Source of the DNA: Verrucomicrobiota bacterium
GTDB lineage: Bacteria; Verrucomicrobiota; Verrucomicrobiia; Limisphaerales; JACPZS01
Assembly: GCA_016195385.1 (NCBI GenBank)
Contig: JACPZS010000086.1
Span: 5,671-69,670 of the forward strand
Reading direction: 5' to 3'
Length of the DNA stretch: 64,000 nucleotides
Positions within the stretch are counted from its first letter, which is position 1, and each line of letters begins with the position of its first letter. Below the pieces are notes generated by a model. That model was not told the DNA's origin. It ran no database searches and worked only from the letters and a program-made list of their open reading frames with translations. This document shows positions 19,449-31,400 of this stretch, one piece after another. The translations under genes and the position numbers were made by a program.

Positions 19449-21068
19449 ATGTTCCAGTTGCGACGCACATTGTTGTTGGTTCATGGAAAGCGAGTTGGTG
19501 CATTGATGCTTGCCTCGATGGTTTTGTGCGATGCTTGGCTGATCAACGCCGCAACCATTCCTGCGCCGAACATTGTTACGCAACCAGATCTTCAGAATAT
19601 TCCCCGTTTGCCCGAAGGCGCGACCGGCTCCCAACTGGCGCAGATCTACTGCCAGATTTGTCACGTGCTGCCGCGTCCCGACCTGCTCGACAAGAAGACA
19701 TGGCGTGAGCAGACCCTGCCGCGCATGAGAGTTTGGCTGGGCCTGGCACCCGAGTCGATCGAACGCAACAAGGACGCCAAATGGCTTAAGGCCAGCGGGC
19801 GGTTCCCCACGAAGCCCGTGCTGCCGCTGGAGCAGTTTGAGCGCATCGTCGATTTCTACGTTGCCAAAGCACCGGAGCAGGCGCTTCCACAAGCCTCAAA
19901 CGCGGAAATTGAGGTTGGTCTGACTAATCTATTCAAACTGGAAAAGCCGGCGTTCAAGCATTCGCCGCCCGCCACCACGCTCGTGCAGATCAACGAAACT
20001 CAAAAGCGCATCTATGTCGGTGACGCGGATGCGAAGTCGCTCGACGTGCTGGATTCCAACGGCAAAATTCTTTCGTCGCTCAATGTTTCGAACGTCCCCG
20101 TCGCACTGGCGGAAACGGCGCAAGGGACTTACCTGACGATGATCGGAAGTTTTCTGCCGACGGAAAATCCCCTCGGCGCGTTGCAACTTTTGGAAAAGAC
20201 GCAGATCGGCCTCGAACTCGGACGAATCATTTTAAAAGACCTTCCCCGCACGACGGACACGCAGTTCGCCGATCTGAACGGCGATGGGAAAGTCGATTTT
20301 GTCATCTCGATTTACGGCAACATTGTCGGCCGATTTTCCTGGTACGAAAATCTGGGCGATGGCCAATACCGCGAGCATGTGTTGATTCCCAAATCCGGCG
20401 CGCTCCGCTCGGTCGTGCGGGATTTGAACGGCGACGGGTTTCCGGACATTGCGGTGCTCGTCGCCCAGGAAAACGAGACACTGTTCATCCTGACCAACGA
20501 CGGCCGCGGAAATTTCGCGCCAACGACCGTCTTCAAACAGCATCCGCTTTACGGCCACACATATTTTGAAATGGCGGACTTCAATGGCGATGGCCGCCCG
20601 GATTTGCTGGTGACCAACGGCGACAATGGCGAATACCCCTCGCCACTCAAGCGCTATCACGGCATCCGCATCTATTTGAACCAAGGTGAAAATCGATTCG
20701 AGGAGGCGTTCTTTTTTCCACTCAACGGCGCGTTCAAAGCCGTGGCGCGCGACTTTGACGGAGATGGCGATCTGGACATCGCGGCGATTTCGTTTTTTCC
20801 TGATTACGAGAGCAAGCCAACGGAGAGTTTTGTCTATCTGGAGAATCAGGGCGGTTTGCGTTTCAATCCTTCGACCTTCCGGGAGTGCATTTCCGGCCGC
20901 TGGCTGACGATGGACGCCGGGGACATCGACGGCGACGGAGACATCGACATCGTCCTCGGCTCGCACATTTATGGGCCAACGGAAGTGCCTGAGTTTCTCA
21001 TGCGCGATTGGGAAACCATCGGCCCGTCCGTGGTGATCTTGCGCAATAAACTGCGCACTTCAAAATGA
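19449..21068 (+). CDS. exported FG-GAP/VCBS repeat protein with N-terminal single CXXCH motif
   Basis: The ORF track starts at a TTG at 19434. The ATG at 19449 gives MFQLRRTLLLVHGKRVGALMLASMVL. A CQICH motif is present. Five or more DxNGDG/DxDGDG loops follow (DLNGDGKVDFVIS, DLNGDGFPDIAVL, DFNGDGRPDLLV, DFDGDGDLDIAAI, DIDGDGDIDIVLG). Confidence 0.85.
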   Translation: MFQLRRTLLLVHGKRVGALMLASMVLCDAWLINAATIPAPNIVTQPDLQNIPRLPEGATGSQLAQIYCQICHVLPRPDLLDKKTWREQTLPRMRVWLGLAPESIERNKDAKWLKASGRFPTKPVLPLEQFERIVDFYVAKAPEQALPQASNAEIEVGLTNLFKLEKPAFKHSPPATTLVQINETQKRIYVGDADAKSLDVLDSNGKILSSLNVSNVPVALAETAQGTYLTMIGSFLPTENPLGALQLLEKTQIGLELGRIILKDLPRTTDTQFADLNGDGKVDFVISIYGNIVGRFSWYENLGDGQYREHVLIPKSGALRSVVRDLNGDGFPDIAVLVAQENETLFILTNDGRGNFAPTTVFKQHPLYGHTYFEMADFNGDGRPDLLVTNGDNGEYPSPLKRYHGIRIYLNQGENRFEEAFFFPLNGAFKAVARDFDGDGDLDIAAISFFPDYESKPTESFVYLENQGGLRFNPSTFRECISGRWLTMDAGDIDGDGDIDIVLGSHIYGPTEVPEFLMRDWETIGPSVVILRNKLRTSK

Positions 21069-21087
21069 GCGGCCACTTGGCAAGACG

Positions 21088-24000
21088 GTGAATGTTCCAT
21101 CGAAATTGCGGAGAGTTGGACTTGCGTTCATCGGCGTGCTTTTGGGTGAGCTTCTCGGTTTCTTCGCGCACGGCAACGGGCTTGAGTGGGAGTCGTCGAA
21201 TGGCTTCCGCAGCGCGCCGCTCGTAGTCCCAGCGGCTGGCAAAACTGGCTTCACGCTGCTGTCCGCGAGCGCGACCGGAATCAACTTTACGAACCTGCTG
21301 TCGGTCGAGCGCTCTCTCACAAATCAAATTCTGTTGAACGGCTCCGGTGTCGCAGCGGGCGATGTCGATGGCGACGGCTGGTGTGATTTGTATTTTTGCG
21401 GACTGGACGGGCCGAACAAATTGTTTCGCAATCTGGGCAACTGGAAGTTTGAAGACATCACCGCCGTCGCCGGTGTCGCTTGTCCGGATCTGGATGCCAC
21501 GGGCGCGGCGTTTGCCGACATCGACGGCGATGGTGACTTGGATCTCATTGTAAATTCCGTCGCTGGCGGCACGCACATATTTTTGAACGACGGTCGAGGC
21601 CACTTCACAAAATCCGCCGTGCTCAACCTGAACAAAGGCGGCATGTCGCTCGCGCTCGCGGACATTGATGGCGACGGCGATTTGGATCTCTACGTCGCGA
21701 ATTACCGCACGGTCACAGTCCGCGATCAGCCGTCGGCGCGCATCAAAGGCACGTATATCGATGGCAAACCAGTCGTGGCGACGTTCAACGACCGTCCGGC
21801 GACGGATCCGGATTTGGTCGGCCGCTTCACGATGCAGGAGAATGGAAAAATCATCGAGAACGGCGAAGTCGATGTCCTCTTTCGCAACGATGGCAAAGGT
21901 CATTTCACGCCACTCTCGTTCACCGATGGAACCTTTCTGGACGAGGAAGGCAAGCCGTTGACTGGGCCGCCGTACGATTGGGGATTGTCCGTCATGATGC
22001 GCGATCTTAATGGCGACGGAGCGCCGGACATTTATGTGTGCAATGACTTTCGTTCGCCGGATCGCATCTGGCTCAACGACGGCAAAGGCAAATTTCGCGC
22101 GCTGCCGCGGCTGGCGTTGCGCACCACGAGCATGTTCTCGATGGGCGTCGATGTCGCCGATCTGAATCGCGACGGCTTCGATGACATTTTTGTCGCCGAC
22201 ATGTTGAGCCGCGATCATCGCCGCCGGCAAATTCAGGTAGGCGATCTCGTGCCGAGCTTTTTGAAAATCGGCCAGATCGACGACCGACCGCCGTACTCGC
22301 GCAACACGCTCTTGCTGAATCGCAGTGACGGAACGTACGCTGAGATCGCGCAATTCAGCGGCCTGCATGCTTCCGAGTGGACGTGGACGCCTGCGTTTTT
22401 GGATGTCGATCTCGACGGTTATGAAGATCTGCTGCTCACGAGCGGCCACGAACGCGACGCGATGAATGCTGATGTGTCCGCACGCGCGGAGGCGATGAAG
22501 GCGAACAAAAAAATGTCCGGCCTCGAACTGCTCACCTTGAATAAAATGTTCGCGCGACTGGACACCGGCAAGATCGCCTTTCGCAATCGCGGCGATTTGA
22601 CGTTTGAAGAAGTCAGCGCCGCGTGGGGGTTCGACACGCCTGGCGTCTCACACGGAATGGCGCTCGTGGATTTGGACAACGACGGTGATCTCGATGTCGT
22701 CGTGAACAATTTGAACGGCGCGGCTGGGATTTATCGAAATGAAACAGTCGCGCCGCGCGTGAGTGTCCGTCTGCGCGGACGGTCGCCGAACACGCACGGT
22801 ATCGGCGCGAAGATTAAAGTGCTCGGTGGGCCGGTGCCGCAGAGCCAGGAGATGATTTGCGGCGGCCGCTATTTGTCGAGTGACGAGGCGATGCGGACGT
22901 TCGCATCCGGTTCGCTCACGAACCAACTGCGCATCGAGGTGACTTGGCGTGATGGGAAAAAAAGCGTCGCAGCCGATGCAAAGCCAAATCGAGCTTACGA
23001 AATCGACGAAGCGACGGCGACTTTGGTGAAAGAGCCGGAGGCAAAGCAGCCAATGCCGCTGTTCGCAGACGTGAGCGACTTGATCAAACACACGCATCAC
23101 GAGGAAGCGTTCGATGATTTTGCTCGGCAGAGTTTGTTGCCGAAGCGGCTGAGTCAACTCGGCCCCGGCGTGGCGTGGTATGACGTGGATGACGATGGCT
23201 GGGATGATTTGATCATCACGAGCGGTTTGGGTGGACAACTCGCGGTTTTTCGCAATGACGGTCACGGCGGTTTTTCGCCGATGACTGAAGCGCCGTTTAA
23301 CCGGCCCGTTTCGCGCGACCAGACGACAGTGCTCGGGTTTGGTTCAACGCTGCTCGTCGGCGCGGCCAATTACGAAGATGGCTCGACGAATGGCGGCTGG
23401 ATTCGCATCCACGATCTCAAACGCAAAGTGGCTGGCGACAGCATTCTTGGGCCGACTGCCAGTTGCGGCCCGCTCGCGGCGGCGGATGTGGATGGCGATG
23501 GTGATTTGGATTTGTTCATCGGGGGGCGCGTGATCGCGGGCCGGTATCCCGAACCGGCGATGTCTCTGTTGATGAAGAACGAAGGCGGCCGGCTGGTGCC
23601 CGCGCAACGCTTTGAGAAACTCGGCCTCGTGAGTGGCGCGGTGTTCAGCGATCTCGACGGCGATGGTTTTCCCGAACTGATTCTCGCGTGCGAGTGGGGG
23701 CCGGTGCGCGTGTTCCGAAATCAAAATGGCCAATTCGCCGAAGCGACCGACGAGCTTGGGTTGGGGAAATTTCGCGGCTGGTGGAATGGCGTGACGACAG
23801 GCGATCTCGATGGTGACGGCCGGCCGGACATTATCGCGAGCAACTGGGGATTGAACCAACGCTACCAAACTCAGGGCGCGTCCAACGTGCGGCTGTTTTA
23901 TGGTGATTTCGCTGGCAATGGCGGCGTTGAAATGATCGAGTCTTACTTCGAGTCGGCAATGAATAAAGTCGTTCTGTTCCGCAGTTTGAAGGAAGTTGAG

Positions 24001-24774
24001 AAAAATCTGCCGTGGGTGCGTGAACGCACGCCGACCTTTGCCGCGTACGCAGAAGCCAGTGTCGCGGAGTTTCTCGGTGACCGAATGAGCGCCGCGAAGG
24101 AACTCCGCGTGGATACGTTTGCGTCGATGGTTTTTCTGAATCGAGGAGATCATTTTGAAGCGCGACCGCTGCCGTTCGACGCGCAGCTTGCGCCCGCGTT
24201 CGGCATTTCAGTCGGCGACGCTGATGGCGACGGCAATGAGGACGTTTTTCTCAGCCAGAATTTTTTTGATGCGCAAGCCGAGATGCCTCGGTGCGACGCG
24301 GGGCGCGGCTTGTGGTTGCGCGGCGATGGCAAAGGTGGCCTGCAGGCGATGAACGGGCCGGAGAGCGGAGTGCTGGTTTATGGCGAGCAACGCGGTTGCG
24401 CGTTGAGTGATTACGATGGCGATGGGCGAGTTGATCTGGTCGTGACGCAAAATGGGGCGGCTACGAAACTTTTCCACAACGTTGGCGCAAAGCCGGGGCT
24501 GCGCGTGCGGCTGCAAGGCCCGGCTGGCAACACGTACGCGGTGGGCGCGAGCTTGCGGCTGATATTCGGCGACCGATCCGGGCCGGTGCGCGAGATCCAC
24601 GCTGGCAGCGGCTATTGGTCGCAGGACAGCGGAGTCCAGGTGCTCGGCACGCCGGAGCCACCGACTGGTATTTTGGTGCGCTGGCCCGGCGGCAAATCCA
24701 CCACTTCGCCGATCCTGGGCGGAGCCAAAGAGATTGTGGTGAGTCCCGACGGTGCGGTAAAAGTGAAGCGCTGA
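21088..24774 (+). CDS. CRTAC1 / ASPIC-UnbV family FG-GAP repeat protein, double-module (paralog 1)
   Basis: GTG start 19 nt after the upstream stop, 1228 aa. It has a signal-anchor and many FG-GAP calcium loops (GDVDGDGWCDLYF, ADIDGDGDLDL...). Two UnbV/ASPIC-like segments are present (GIGAKIKVLGG...EMICGGRYLS mid-protein and AVGASLRL...HAGSGYWSQD at the C-terminus). Confidence 0.9.
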   Translation: MNVPSKLRRVGLAFIGVLLGELLGFFAHGNGLEWESSNGFRSAPLVVPAAGKTGFTLLSASATGINFTNLLSVERSLTNQILLNGSGVAAGDVDGDGWCDLYFCGLDGPNKLFRNLGNWKFEDITAVAGVACPDLDATGAAFADIDGDGDLDLIVNSVAGGTHIFLNDGRGHFTKSAVLNLNKGGMSLALADIDGDGDLDLYVANYRTVTVRDQPSARIKGTYIDGKPVVATFNDRPATDPDLVGRFTMQENGKIIENGEVDVLFRNDGKGHFTPLSFTDGTFLDEEGKPLTGPPYDWGLSVMMRDLNGDGAPDIYVCNDFRSPDRIWLNDGKGKFRALPRLALRTTSMFSMGVDVADLNRDGFDDIFVADMLSRDHRRRQIQVGDLVPSFLKIGQIDDRPPYSRNTLLLNRSDGTYAEIAQFSGLHASEWTWTPAFLDVDLDGYEDLLLTSGHERDAMNADVSARAEAMKANKKMSGLELLTLNKMFARLDTGKIAFRNRGDLTFEEVSAAWGFDTPGVSHGMALVDLDNDGDLDVVVNNLNGAAGIYRNETVAPRVSVRLRGRSPNTHGIGAKIKVLGGPVPQSQEMICGGRYLSSDEAMRTFASGSLTNQLRIEVTWRDGKKSVAADAKPNRAYEIDEATATLVKEPEAKQPMPLFADVSDLIKHTHHEEAFDDFARQSLLPKRLSQLGPGVAWYDVDDDGWDDLIITSGLGGQLAVFRNDGHGGFSPMTEAPFNRPVSRDQTTVLGFGSTLLVGAANYEDGSTNGGWIRIHDLKRKVAGDSILGPTASCGPLAAADVDGDGDLDLFIGGRVIAGRYPEPAMSLLMKNEGGRLVPAQRFEKLGLVSGAVFSDLDGDGFPELILACEWGPVRVFRNQNGQFAEATDELGLGKFRGWWNGVTTGDLDGDGRPDIIASNWGLNQRYQTQGASNVRLFYGDFAGNGGVEMIESYFESAMNKVVLFRSLKEVEKNLPWVRERTPTFAAYAEASVAEFLGDRMSAAKELRVDTFASMVFLNRGDHFEARPLPFDAQLAPAFGISVGDADGDGNEDVFLSQNFFDAQAEMPRCDAGRGLWLRGDGKGGLQAMNGPESGVLVYGEQRGCALSDYDGDGRVDLVVTQNGAATKLFHNVGAKPGLRVRLQGPAGNTYAVGASLRLIFGDRSGPVREIHAGSGYWSQDSGVQVLGTPEPPTGILVRWPGGKSTTSPILGGAKEIVVSPDGAVKVKR

Positions 24775-24776
24775 TT

Positions 24777-27700
24777 ATGTCGTTCTCCAATTCGCGTTGC
24801 GCGCTTGCCGTTCTTTTTCTGACGGTCCCACTGCTTTTCCAAACGTCTGCGCGCGCGCTTGAATGGAAAACCGGCGATGGATTCCGCAGCGCGGAATTGC
24901 CCGTGCCGAAGTCTGGCAAAACCGGTTTCACGCTGCTGCCGCCTACGCAGACCGGCATCACGTTTGCCAACGATCTTCCGGACGAACGCTCGATCACAAA
25001 TCGTAATCTCCTCAGTGGTTCCGGCGTTGCGGCGGGTGACATCGACGGCGACGGTTGGTGTGATCTTTATTTCTGCCATCTCGGTGGGCCGAATGTTCTC
25101 TATCGCAATCTTGGCGGCTGGAAATTTGAAGATGTGACGGCGGCGGCGGGCGTCGCGTGTGCCGGGCAGGATTCGACCGGCGCGACCTTTGCCGACGTCG
25201 ATGGCGATGGTGATTTGGATCTGCTCGTCAATTCGTTCGGCGGCGGCACGCGGCTTTTTCTCAACGACGGCAAAGGGCATTTTCAGGAAGCGACCATGGC
25301 TGCGGGTTTGAGTTCGCGCACCGGCAGCACGTCGCTGGCGCTGGCGGACATCGATGGCGACGGCGATTTGGATCTTTATGTCGCGAATTTCCGGCCAACG
25401 ACGATCAAGGACAATCCGCGCACCAAGTTTCGCATCCAGATGGTGAATGATCGTCCGGTGGTTGCGCTGGTCGATGGCGTGCCAACGACGACGCCGGAAT
25501 TGACGAATCGATTTGTGATGACGCCCTCGGGAGTTATTCTCGAATACGGCGAACCGGACGTGCTTTATCTCAACGACGGCAAAGGCCATTTCACGCCGGT
25601 TTCGTTTACGGGCGGATCGTTCCTCGACGAAGACGGGCACCCGTTGCGCGGCGCGCCTCATGATTGGGGACTCGCAGTGCAGTTCCATGATTTGAATGGT
25701 GACGGCGCTCCAGATATTTACGTATGCAACGATTTGTTCACGCCGGATCGGATTTGGATCAACGACGGCAAGGGAAAATTCCGCGCCCTGTCGCGGGTCG
25801 CGTTGCGGAACACGAGCACGTTTTCAATGGGCGTGGATTTCGGCGATTTGGATCGGGATGGCAACGTGGATTTTTTTGTCGTCGATATGTTGAGTCGCGA
25901 ACACTCGAAGCGACACACGCAAATGAGCGAGTCGCGTCCGGCGACGTGGCCGCCGGGTGTGTTTGAGAATCGGCCCCAACTCGTCCGCAATACGCTGCAG
26001 ATAGGACGCGGCGACGGCACGTTCGCCGAGATTGCCTACTTTGCGGGCGTCGAAGCCTCCGATTGGTCTTGGGGGCCGATTTTTTTAGACGTCGATCTGG
26101 ATGGCTACGAGGACATTCTGGTCAGCAACGGCCAGCTTCGCGATTTTCAAAACGCCGACATGGGCGCACGCATCGAAGCGGCGAAATCCGCGAAAGAAGT
26201 CACGCAGGCGGACATCAGCAAATTGATGAAGGCATTTCCGCCGCTGGCCTCGCCGAAATTGATTTTTCGCAACCGCGGTAATTTGACCTTTGAAGAAGTG
26301 GGCGCGGCGTGGGGATTCAACACCGTCGGCATCGGGCAGGGAATGGCGCTGGCGGATCTCGACAACGACGGCGATCTGGATGTCATCATCAACAACCTGA
26401 ACGCGCCCGCTGGCGTGTATCGAAACGACGGCGTGAAGCCGCGCGTGGCCGTGCGCCTTAAAGGACTGCCGCCGAATCGGCAAGGCATCGGCGCTAAAAT
26501 CAAAGTGCTTGGCGGGCCGGTCACGCAGACGCAGGAGATGATTTGCGGCGGACGCTACATGTCAGGCGATGATCCGATGCGCGTCTTTGCTGCCGGTTCG
26601 CTTACGAACGATTTGACGATTGAAGTCATTTGGCGGAACGGGAAAAAGAGCGTCGTGTCGCACGCTGCGCCGAATCGGATTTATGAAATTGCCGAAACGG
26701 GTGCGACGGAAAATCCGACGAGCGCTCCGCCAACACCAAAACCGATTTTTCAGGACGTCAGCGACCTGATCAAACATGTGCATCACGAGGAACAGTTTGA
26801 TGATTTTGAGCGCCAGCCGCTGCTGCCCAACCGTCTCGGCCAACTCGGCCCCGGCGTGAGTTGGTTCGATGTGGACGGCGATGGTTGGGACGATTTGATC
26901 ATCGGTAGTGGCCGGGGTGGGCAACTCGCCGTGTTCCAAAACAACGGCCACGGCGGTTTCACGCCGCTGGCCGACGCGATGTTCGCGACTCCGGTCGCGC
27001 GCGACCAAACGACCGTGCTCGGCTGGACGCCGTCGCCGGGCGCGACTGCGCTGCTCGCTGGTTCGGCGAATTACGAAGATGGTTTTACCAACGGCTCCGT
27101 TGCGCGGATTTACGATCTCAAAAACAAGGTGACGGATGACAGTCTGCCCGGCCAACTCAGCAGCACGGGTCCGCTGGCGTTGGCCGACGTCGATGGCGAC
27201 GGTGATCTGGATTTGTTTGTCGGCGGGCGCGTCGTGCCGGGACGTTATCCCGAGGCGGCGGCTTCGTTGCTATTCCGAAACGAGAGCGGAAAATTGCAAC
27301 TCGACGGGCAAAACAATTTGTTGTTCGCAAAAGTGGGCTTGGTTAGCGGTGCGGTGTTCAGCGATCTTGATGGTGATGGGTTTCCGGAGTTGATTCTCGC
27401 GTGCGAATGGGGGCCGGTGCGTGTTTTTAAGAACGATCACGGCAAGTTTACCGAAACGACGGAGCAACTCGGCCTCGCCAAGTTCAACGGTTGGTGGAAC
27501 GGCGTGACGACCGGTGACATCGATGGCGACGGCCGGCTCGACATCATCGCGTCGAACTGGGGACTCAACAGCAAGTATCGGCCGACGCCGCAGCATCCCG
27601 ATCATCTCTATTTCGGCGACTACGACGGCAACACATCGGTTGATTTGATCGAGAGCCATTTCGACGAGACGATGCAGAAGGAAGTTCCCGAACGCGGTTT

Positions 27701-28487
27701 GCGCGCCATTTCGACCACACTGCCATTCGTGCGCGAAAAAGTTGCAACTTACGAAGCATACGGTCTTGCCGGTGTGATGGAAATTTTTGGAGACAATCTT
27801 AAAAACGGCGGCGCGCTGGAAGCCAGCACGCTGGCTTCGATGGTTTTCTTCAATCGAGGCGATCATTTTGAAGCGGCACCGTTGCCGCGTGAAGCGCAAT
27901 GGGCACCGGCCTTCGGGGTTTGTGTCGGCGACATGGATGGCGACGGAAACGAAGATATTTTTCTGAGTCAGAATTTTTTCGCGACCACACCGGAGAGTTC
28001 ACGCAATGACGCTGGACGCGGCCTCTGGCTGCGCGGCGACGGCAAACGCGGCTTGTCGCCGGTCGCGGGGCAGGACAGCGGCATCAAAGTGTATGGCGAA
28101 CAGCGTGGTTGCGCGTTGAGTGATTTTGACGGAGACGGGCGAGTTGATCTCGTCGTCACTCAAAATGGAGCGGCGACAAAATTGTTTCGCAACGTGACGG
28201 CGAAGCCCGGCTTGCGCGTGCGTCTGGCCGGGCCGCCCGGAAATCCGACTGGCGTGGGCGCGAGTGTACGGCTCATGTTCGGCAAAAAATTCGGCCCGAC
28301 ACGCGAGGTTCACGCCGGTTCTGGCTACTGGTCGCAGGACAGTGCGGTGCAAGTGCTGGGGACTCCAGAAGCGGCGACGCAAGTGTGGGTGCGTTGGCCC
28401 GGCGGGAAAACTTTGACGACCAATTTGCAACCGAACGCGCGCGAAATTGCCGTCGATGAAACGGGGAAACTGAAAGTCGTGAAGTGA
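24777..28487 (+). CDS. CRTAC1 / ASPIC-UnbV family FG-GAP repeat protein, double-module (paralog 2)
   Basis: The ORF track starts at 24615 inside the previous gene. The ATG at 24777, 2 nt after the upstream stop, gives the signal peptide MSFSNSRCALAVLFLTVPLLFQTSARA. It is collinear with paralogs 1 and 3 over the full length. Confidence 0.9.
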   Translation: MSFSNSRCALAVLFLTVPLLFQTSARALEWKTGDGFRSAELPVPKSGKTGFTLLPPTQTGITFANDLPDERSITNRNLLSGSGVAAGDIDGDGWCDLYFCHLGGPNVLYRNLGGWKFEDVTAAAGVACAGQDSTGATFADVDGDGDLDLLVNSFGGGTRLFLNDGKGHFQEATMAAGLSSRTGSTSLALADIDGDGDLDLYVANFRPTTIKDNPRTKFRIQMVNDRPVVALVDGVPTTTPELTNRFVMTPSGVILEYGEPDVLYLNDGKGHFTPVSFTGGSFLDEDGHPLRGAPHDWGLAVQFHDLNGDGAPDIYVCNDLFTPDRIWINDGKGKFRALSRVALRNTSTFSMGVDFGDLDRDGNVDFFVVDMLSREHSKRHTQMSESRPATWPPGVFENRPQLVRNTLQIGRGDGTFAEIAYFAGVEASDWSWGPIFLDVDLDGYEDILVSNGQLRDFQNADMGARIEAAKSAKEVTQADISKLMKAFPPLASPKLIFRNRGNLTFEEVGAAWGFNTVGIGQGMALADLDNDGDLDVIINNLNAPAGVYRNDGVKPRVAVRLKGLPPNRQGIGAKIKVLGGPVTQTQEMICGGRYMSGDDPMRVFAAGSLTNDLTIEVIWRNGKKSVVSHAAPNRIYEIAETGATENPTSAPPTPKPIFQDVSDLIKHVHHEEQFDDFERQPLLPNRLGQLGPGVSWFDVDGDGWDDLIIGSGRGGQLAVFQNNGHGGFTPLADAMFATPVARDQTTVLGWTPSPGATALLAGSANYEDGFTNGSVARIYDLKNKVTDDSLPGQLSSTGPLALADVDGDGDLDLFVGGRVVPGRYPEAAASLLFRNESGKLQLDGQNNLLFAKVGLVSGAVFSDLDGDGFPELILACEWGPVRVFKNDHGKFTETTEQLGLAKFNGWWNGVTTGDIDGDGRLDIIASNWGLNSKYRPTPQHPDHLYFGDYDGNTSVDLIESHFDETMQKEVPERGLRAISTTLPFVREKVATYEAYGLAGVMEIFGDNLKNGGALEASTLASMVFFNRGDHFEAAPLPREAQWAPAFGVCVGDMDGDGNEDIFLSQNFFATTPESSRNDAGRGLWLRGDGKRGLSPVAGQDSGIKVYGEQRGCALSDFDGDGRVDLVVTQNGAATKLFRNVTAKPGLRVRLAGPPGNPTGVGASVRLMFGKKFGPTREVHAGSGYWSQDSAVQVLGTPEAATQVWVRWPGGKTLTTNLQPNAREIAVDETGKLKVVK

Positions 28488-31400
28488 GCGACGAAACGCT
28501 GCGCCCTGTTTTTCGACGAGCTTCTTGCGGTCGGGCGCGCTTTGCAATTTGGTCCCGCGTGTTCTGTATCGTGGCGTGTTGCCTCTCGCTGAATTCAGCT
28601 GAGTTGAAGTGGCAATCTGCCGCTGGCTATCGCTGGGCCGAGTTGTCGCCGCCGCCAAGTGAAAAAGTCGGATTCACGCTTCTACCGTCCGCAACGACCG
28701 GGATTACATTTTCCAATCGACTCACGGAAGCGCAAGCGGCGGAGAATCGGATTTTGGAAAATGGCTCCGGCGTCGCGTTGGGCGACATCGACGGCGACGG
28801 CTGGTGCGACATTTACTTCTGCCGGCTCGACGGGCCGAACGTGCTCTACCGTAATCTTGGCGACTGGAAGTTTGAAGACATCACGGCGAGCGCGGGCGTG
28901 GCTTGTGTCGGTCAATTTTCCACGGGTGCGGTCTTCGCGGATGTCGATGGCGACGGTGACTTGGATCTGCTTGTGAACGGCATCGGTGCGGGCACGCGGT
29001 GTTTTCTCAACGACGGCAAGGGTCATTTCAGCGAATTGAACGAGTCCGGGTTGATTCGGAAATTTGGCAGCACGTCGCTCGCGCTTGCGGACGTGGATGG
29101 CGATGGGGACTTGGATCTCTACGTGACAAATTATCGCACGACGAATTTCAAGGACGCGCCGCCGGGCGTCGCGCCGCAGATCAAAATGGTCGATGGTAAG
29201 CCCGTCGCTACGCCGGCTGACCGTTTCACCGCGATCGTCACCACCCAGAACGGGGCGCCCGCCGGCGCGTTGATTGAGAAAGGCGAAGCGGACTTTCTCT
29301 ATTTGAACGACGGCAAAGGCCATTTTGTTCCAGCGTCGTGGACGGATGGATCTTTTCGTAACGAAGATGGCAACGCGCTGACCGGCCCGCCGCAGGACTG
29401 GGGCTTGAGCGTCATGTTCCGCGATTTGAATGGCGATGGCGCGCCGGATCTTTACGTGTGCAACGATTACCTTTTTTTCCCGGATCGCGTATGGATGAAC
29501 GATGGCCACGGGAAATTCCGCGCGATTCCGAAACTGGCACTGCGTCACGGCAGCGGCTCGTCGATGACGGTAGATTTCGCGGACATCAATCGTGATGGGT
29601 TCGACGATTTTTTTGTAGCGGACATGTTGAGCCGCGATCATCAAATGACGTTGCGTCAGCGGCCGCGGATTTTGCGCGAAGCAGTCGCGTCGCCGTTCGG
29701 CGCAATCGACAATCGCCCTGAAGTGAATCGCAACACGCTTTTTTTGAATCGCGGTGACGGCACGTTTGCGGAGATTGCACATCTCGCCGGATTGCCCGCC
29801 AGCGAGTGGTCGTGGAGTGCCGTCTTTCTCGATGTCGATTTGGACGGCTACGAGGATTTACTCGTCGCGACGGGAAATTTCCATGATGTGCTCGACGGCG
29901 ACATGTTGAAGCAAGTGTCCGCCACCAGCTCGCGCGCGTCGGCCGAGGAACATCAAAAAAACCTTCTCAAGTTTCCTCATCTTGAGCGGGCCAAACTTGC
30001 GTTTCGTAATCGCCGCGACCTGACATTCGAGGAGATCGGCGCGGCGTGGGGCTTCGAAGCAATTGGTGTCTCACATGGAATGGCGCTGGCTGATCTGGAT
30101 CACGATGGTGATCTGGACGTGGTGATCAACAATCTGAATGCGCCCGCCGGGATTTATCGGAATGACACCGCCGCGTCGCGTGTCGCGGTGCGCCTGAAAG
30201 GGCGTGCGCCGAACACGGCCGGTGTCGGCGCGCGAGTTCGCGTGCTCGGTGGGCCGGTGGCGCAAAGCCAGGAGATGATTTGCGGCGGCCGTTATCTTTC
30301 CGGCGACGAGGCGATGCGTGTCTTTGCGGCGGGATCGTTCACAAACGATTTGACGATTGAAGTCAACTGGCGTGGCGGACAGCGGAGTGTGGTGGCGCAC
30401 GCGCGCGCGAATCGTGTTTACGAAATCGACGATGCGGGTGCGACGACGACGGCGACGACGCTCGCCAACGAAGGCGCACGTGGAAAGGAAAACGCCGCCG
30501 TCACGAACACGCCGGCTTTTTTCCAAGACGTGAGCGCGTTGATCGCGCACGTTCATCACGACGAGCCGTTCGATGATTTCGAGCGCCAGCCGTTGTTGCC
30601 GAAACGACTCAGCCAGCTCGGGCCAGGCGTGGCGTGGTTTGATTTCGATGGCGACGGTTGGGACGATTTGTTGATTGGGAGTGGCAAAGGTGGCCGGCTG
30701 GCGGTCTTCCGCAACGACACGCGCGGCGGTTTTCAACCCATTGAAGAACTTCAACGAACGGGTGCGGTGGCGCGGGATCAAACAACGATTCTTGGCTGGT
30801 CGCCGAATCCCGGTGACGCGGTGGTCTTCGTCGGCGCGGCGAACTACGAAGACGGCAAGACGAATGGCGCGTGCGTGCGCGCCTACGATCTGAAACGCAA
30901 GGAGATCGAAAATCTGCTGCCGGCGCGGGTAGCGAGCGTAGGCGCGATCGCGCTGGCAGACATTGATGGCGATGGAGACTTGGATCTGTTTGTCGGCGGC
31001 CGCGTGCTTGCAGGGCGCTATCCTGAAGCGGCTTCGTCGTGCCTCTATCGCAATGTGGATGGCAAATTTGAGTTGGATGAAATGAACAGCGCGCGTTTGG
31101 ACAAGATTGGCCTGGTAAGCGCAGCGGTATTCAGTGACATCGACGGCGACGGTGACGCGGATCTGATTCTGGCGTGCGAGTGGGGGCCGGTTCGCATTTT
31201 CCGAAACGATACCGGGCAATTCGTCGAAGCGACGAAGGATTTCGGCTTGGACAAGTTCACTGGCTGGTGGAACGGCGTGACTACTGGTGACGTGGACGGC
31301 GATGGGCGGCTCGACATCATCGCCTCGAACTGGGGTCGCAACACAAAATACCGAACGCACCTCGAACAGCCGTTGCGGATTTACTACGGCGATTTCGACG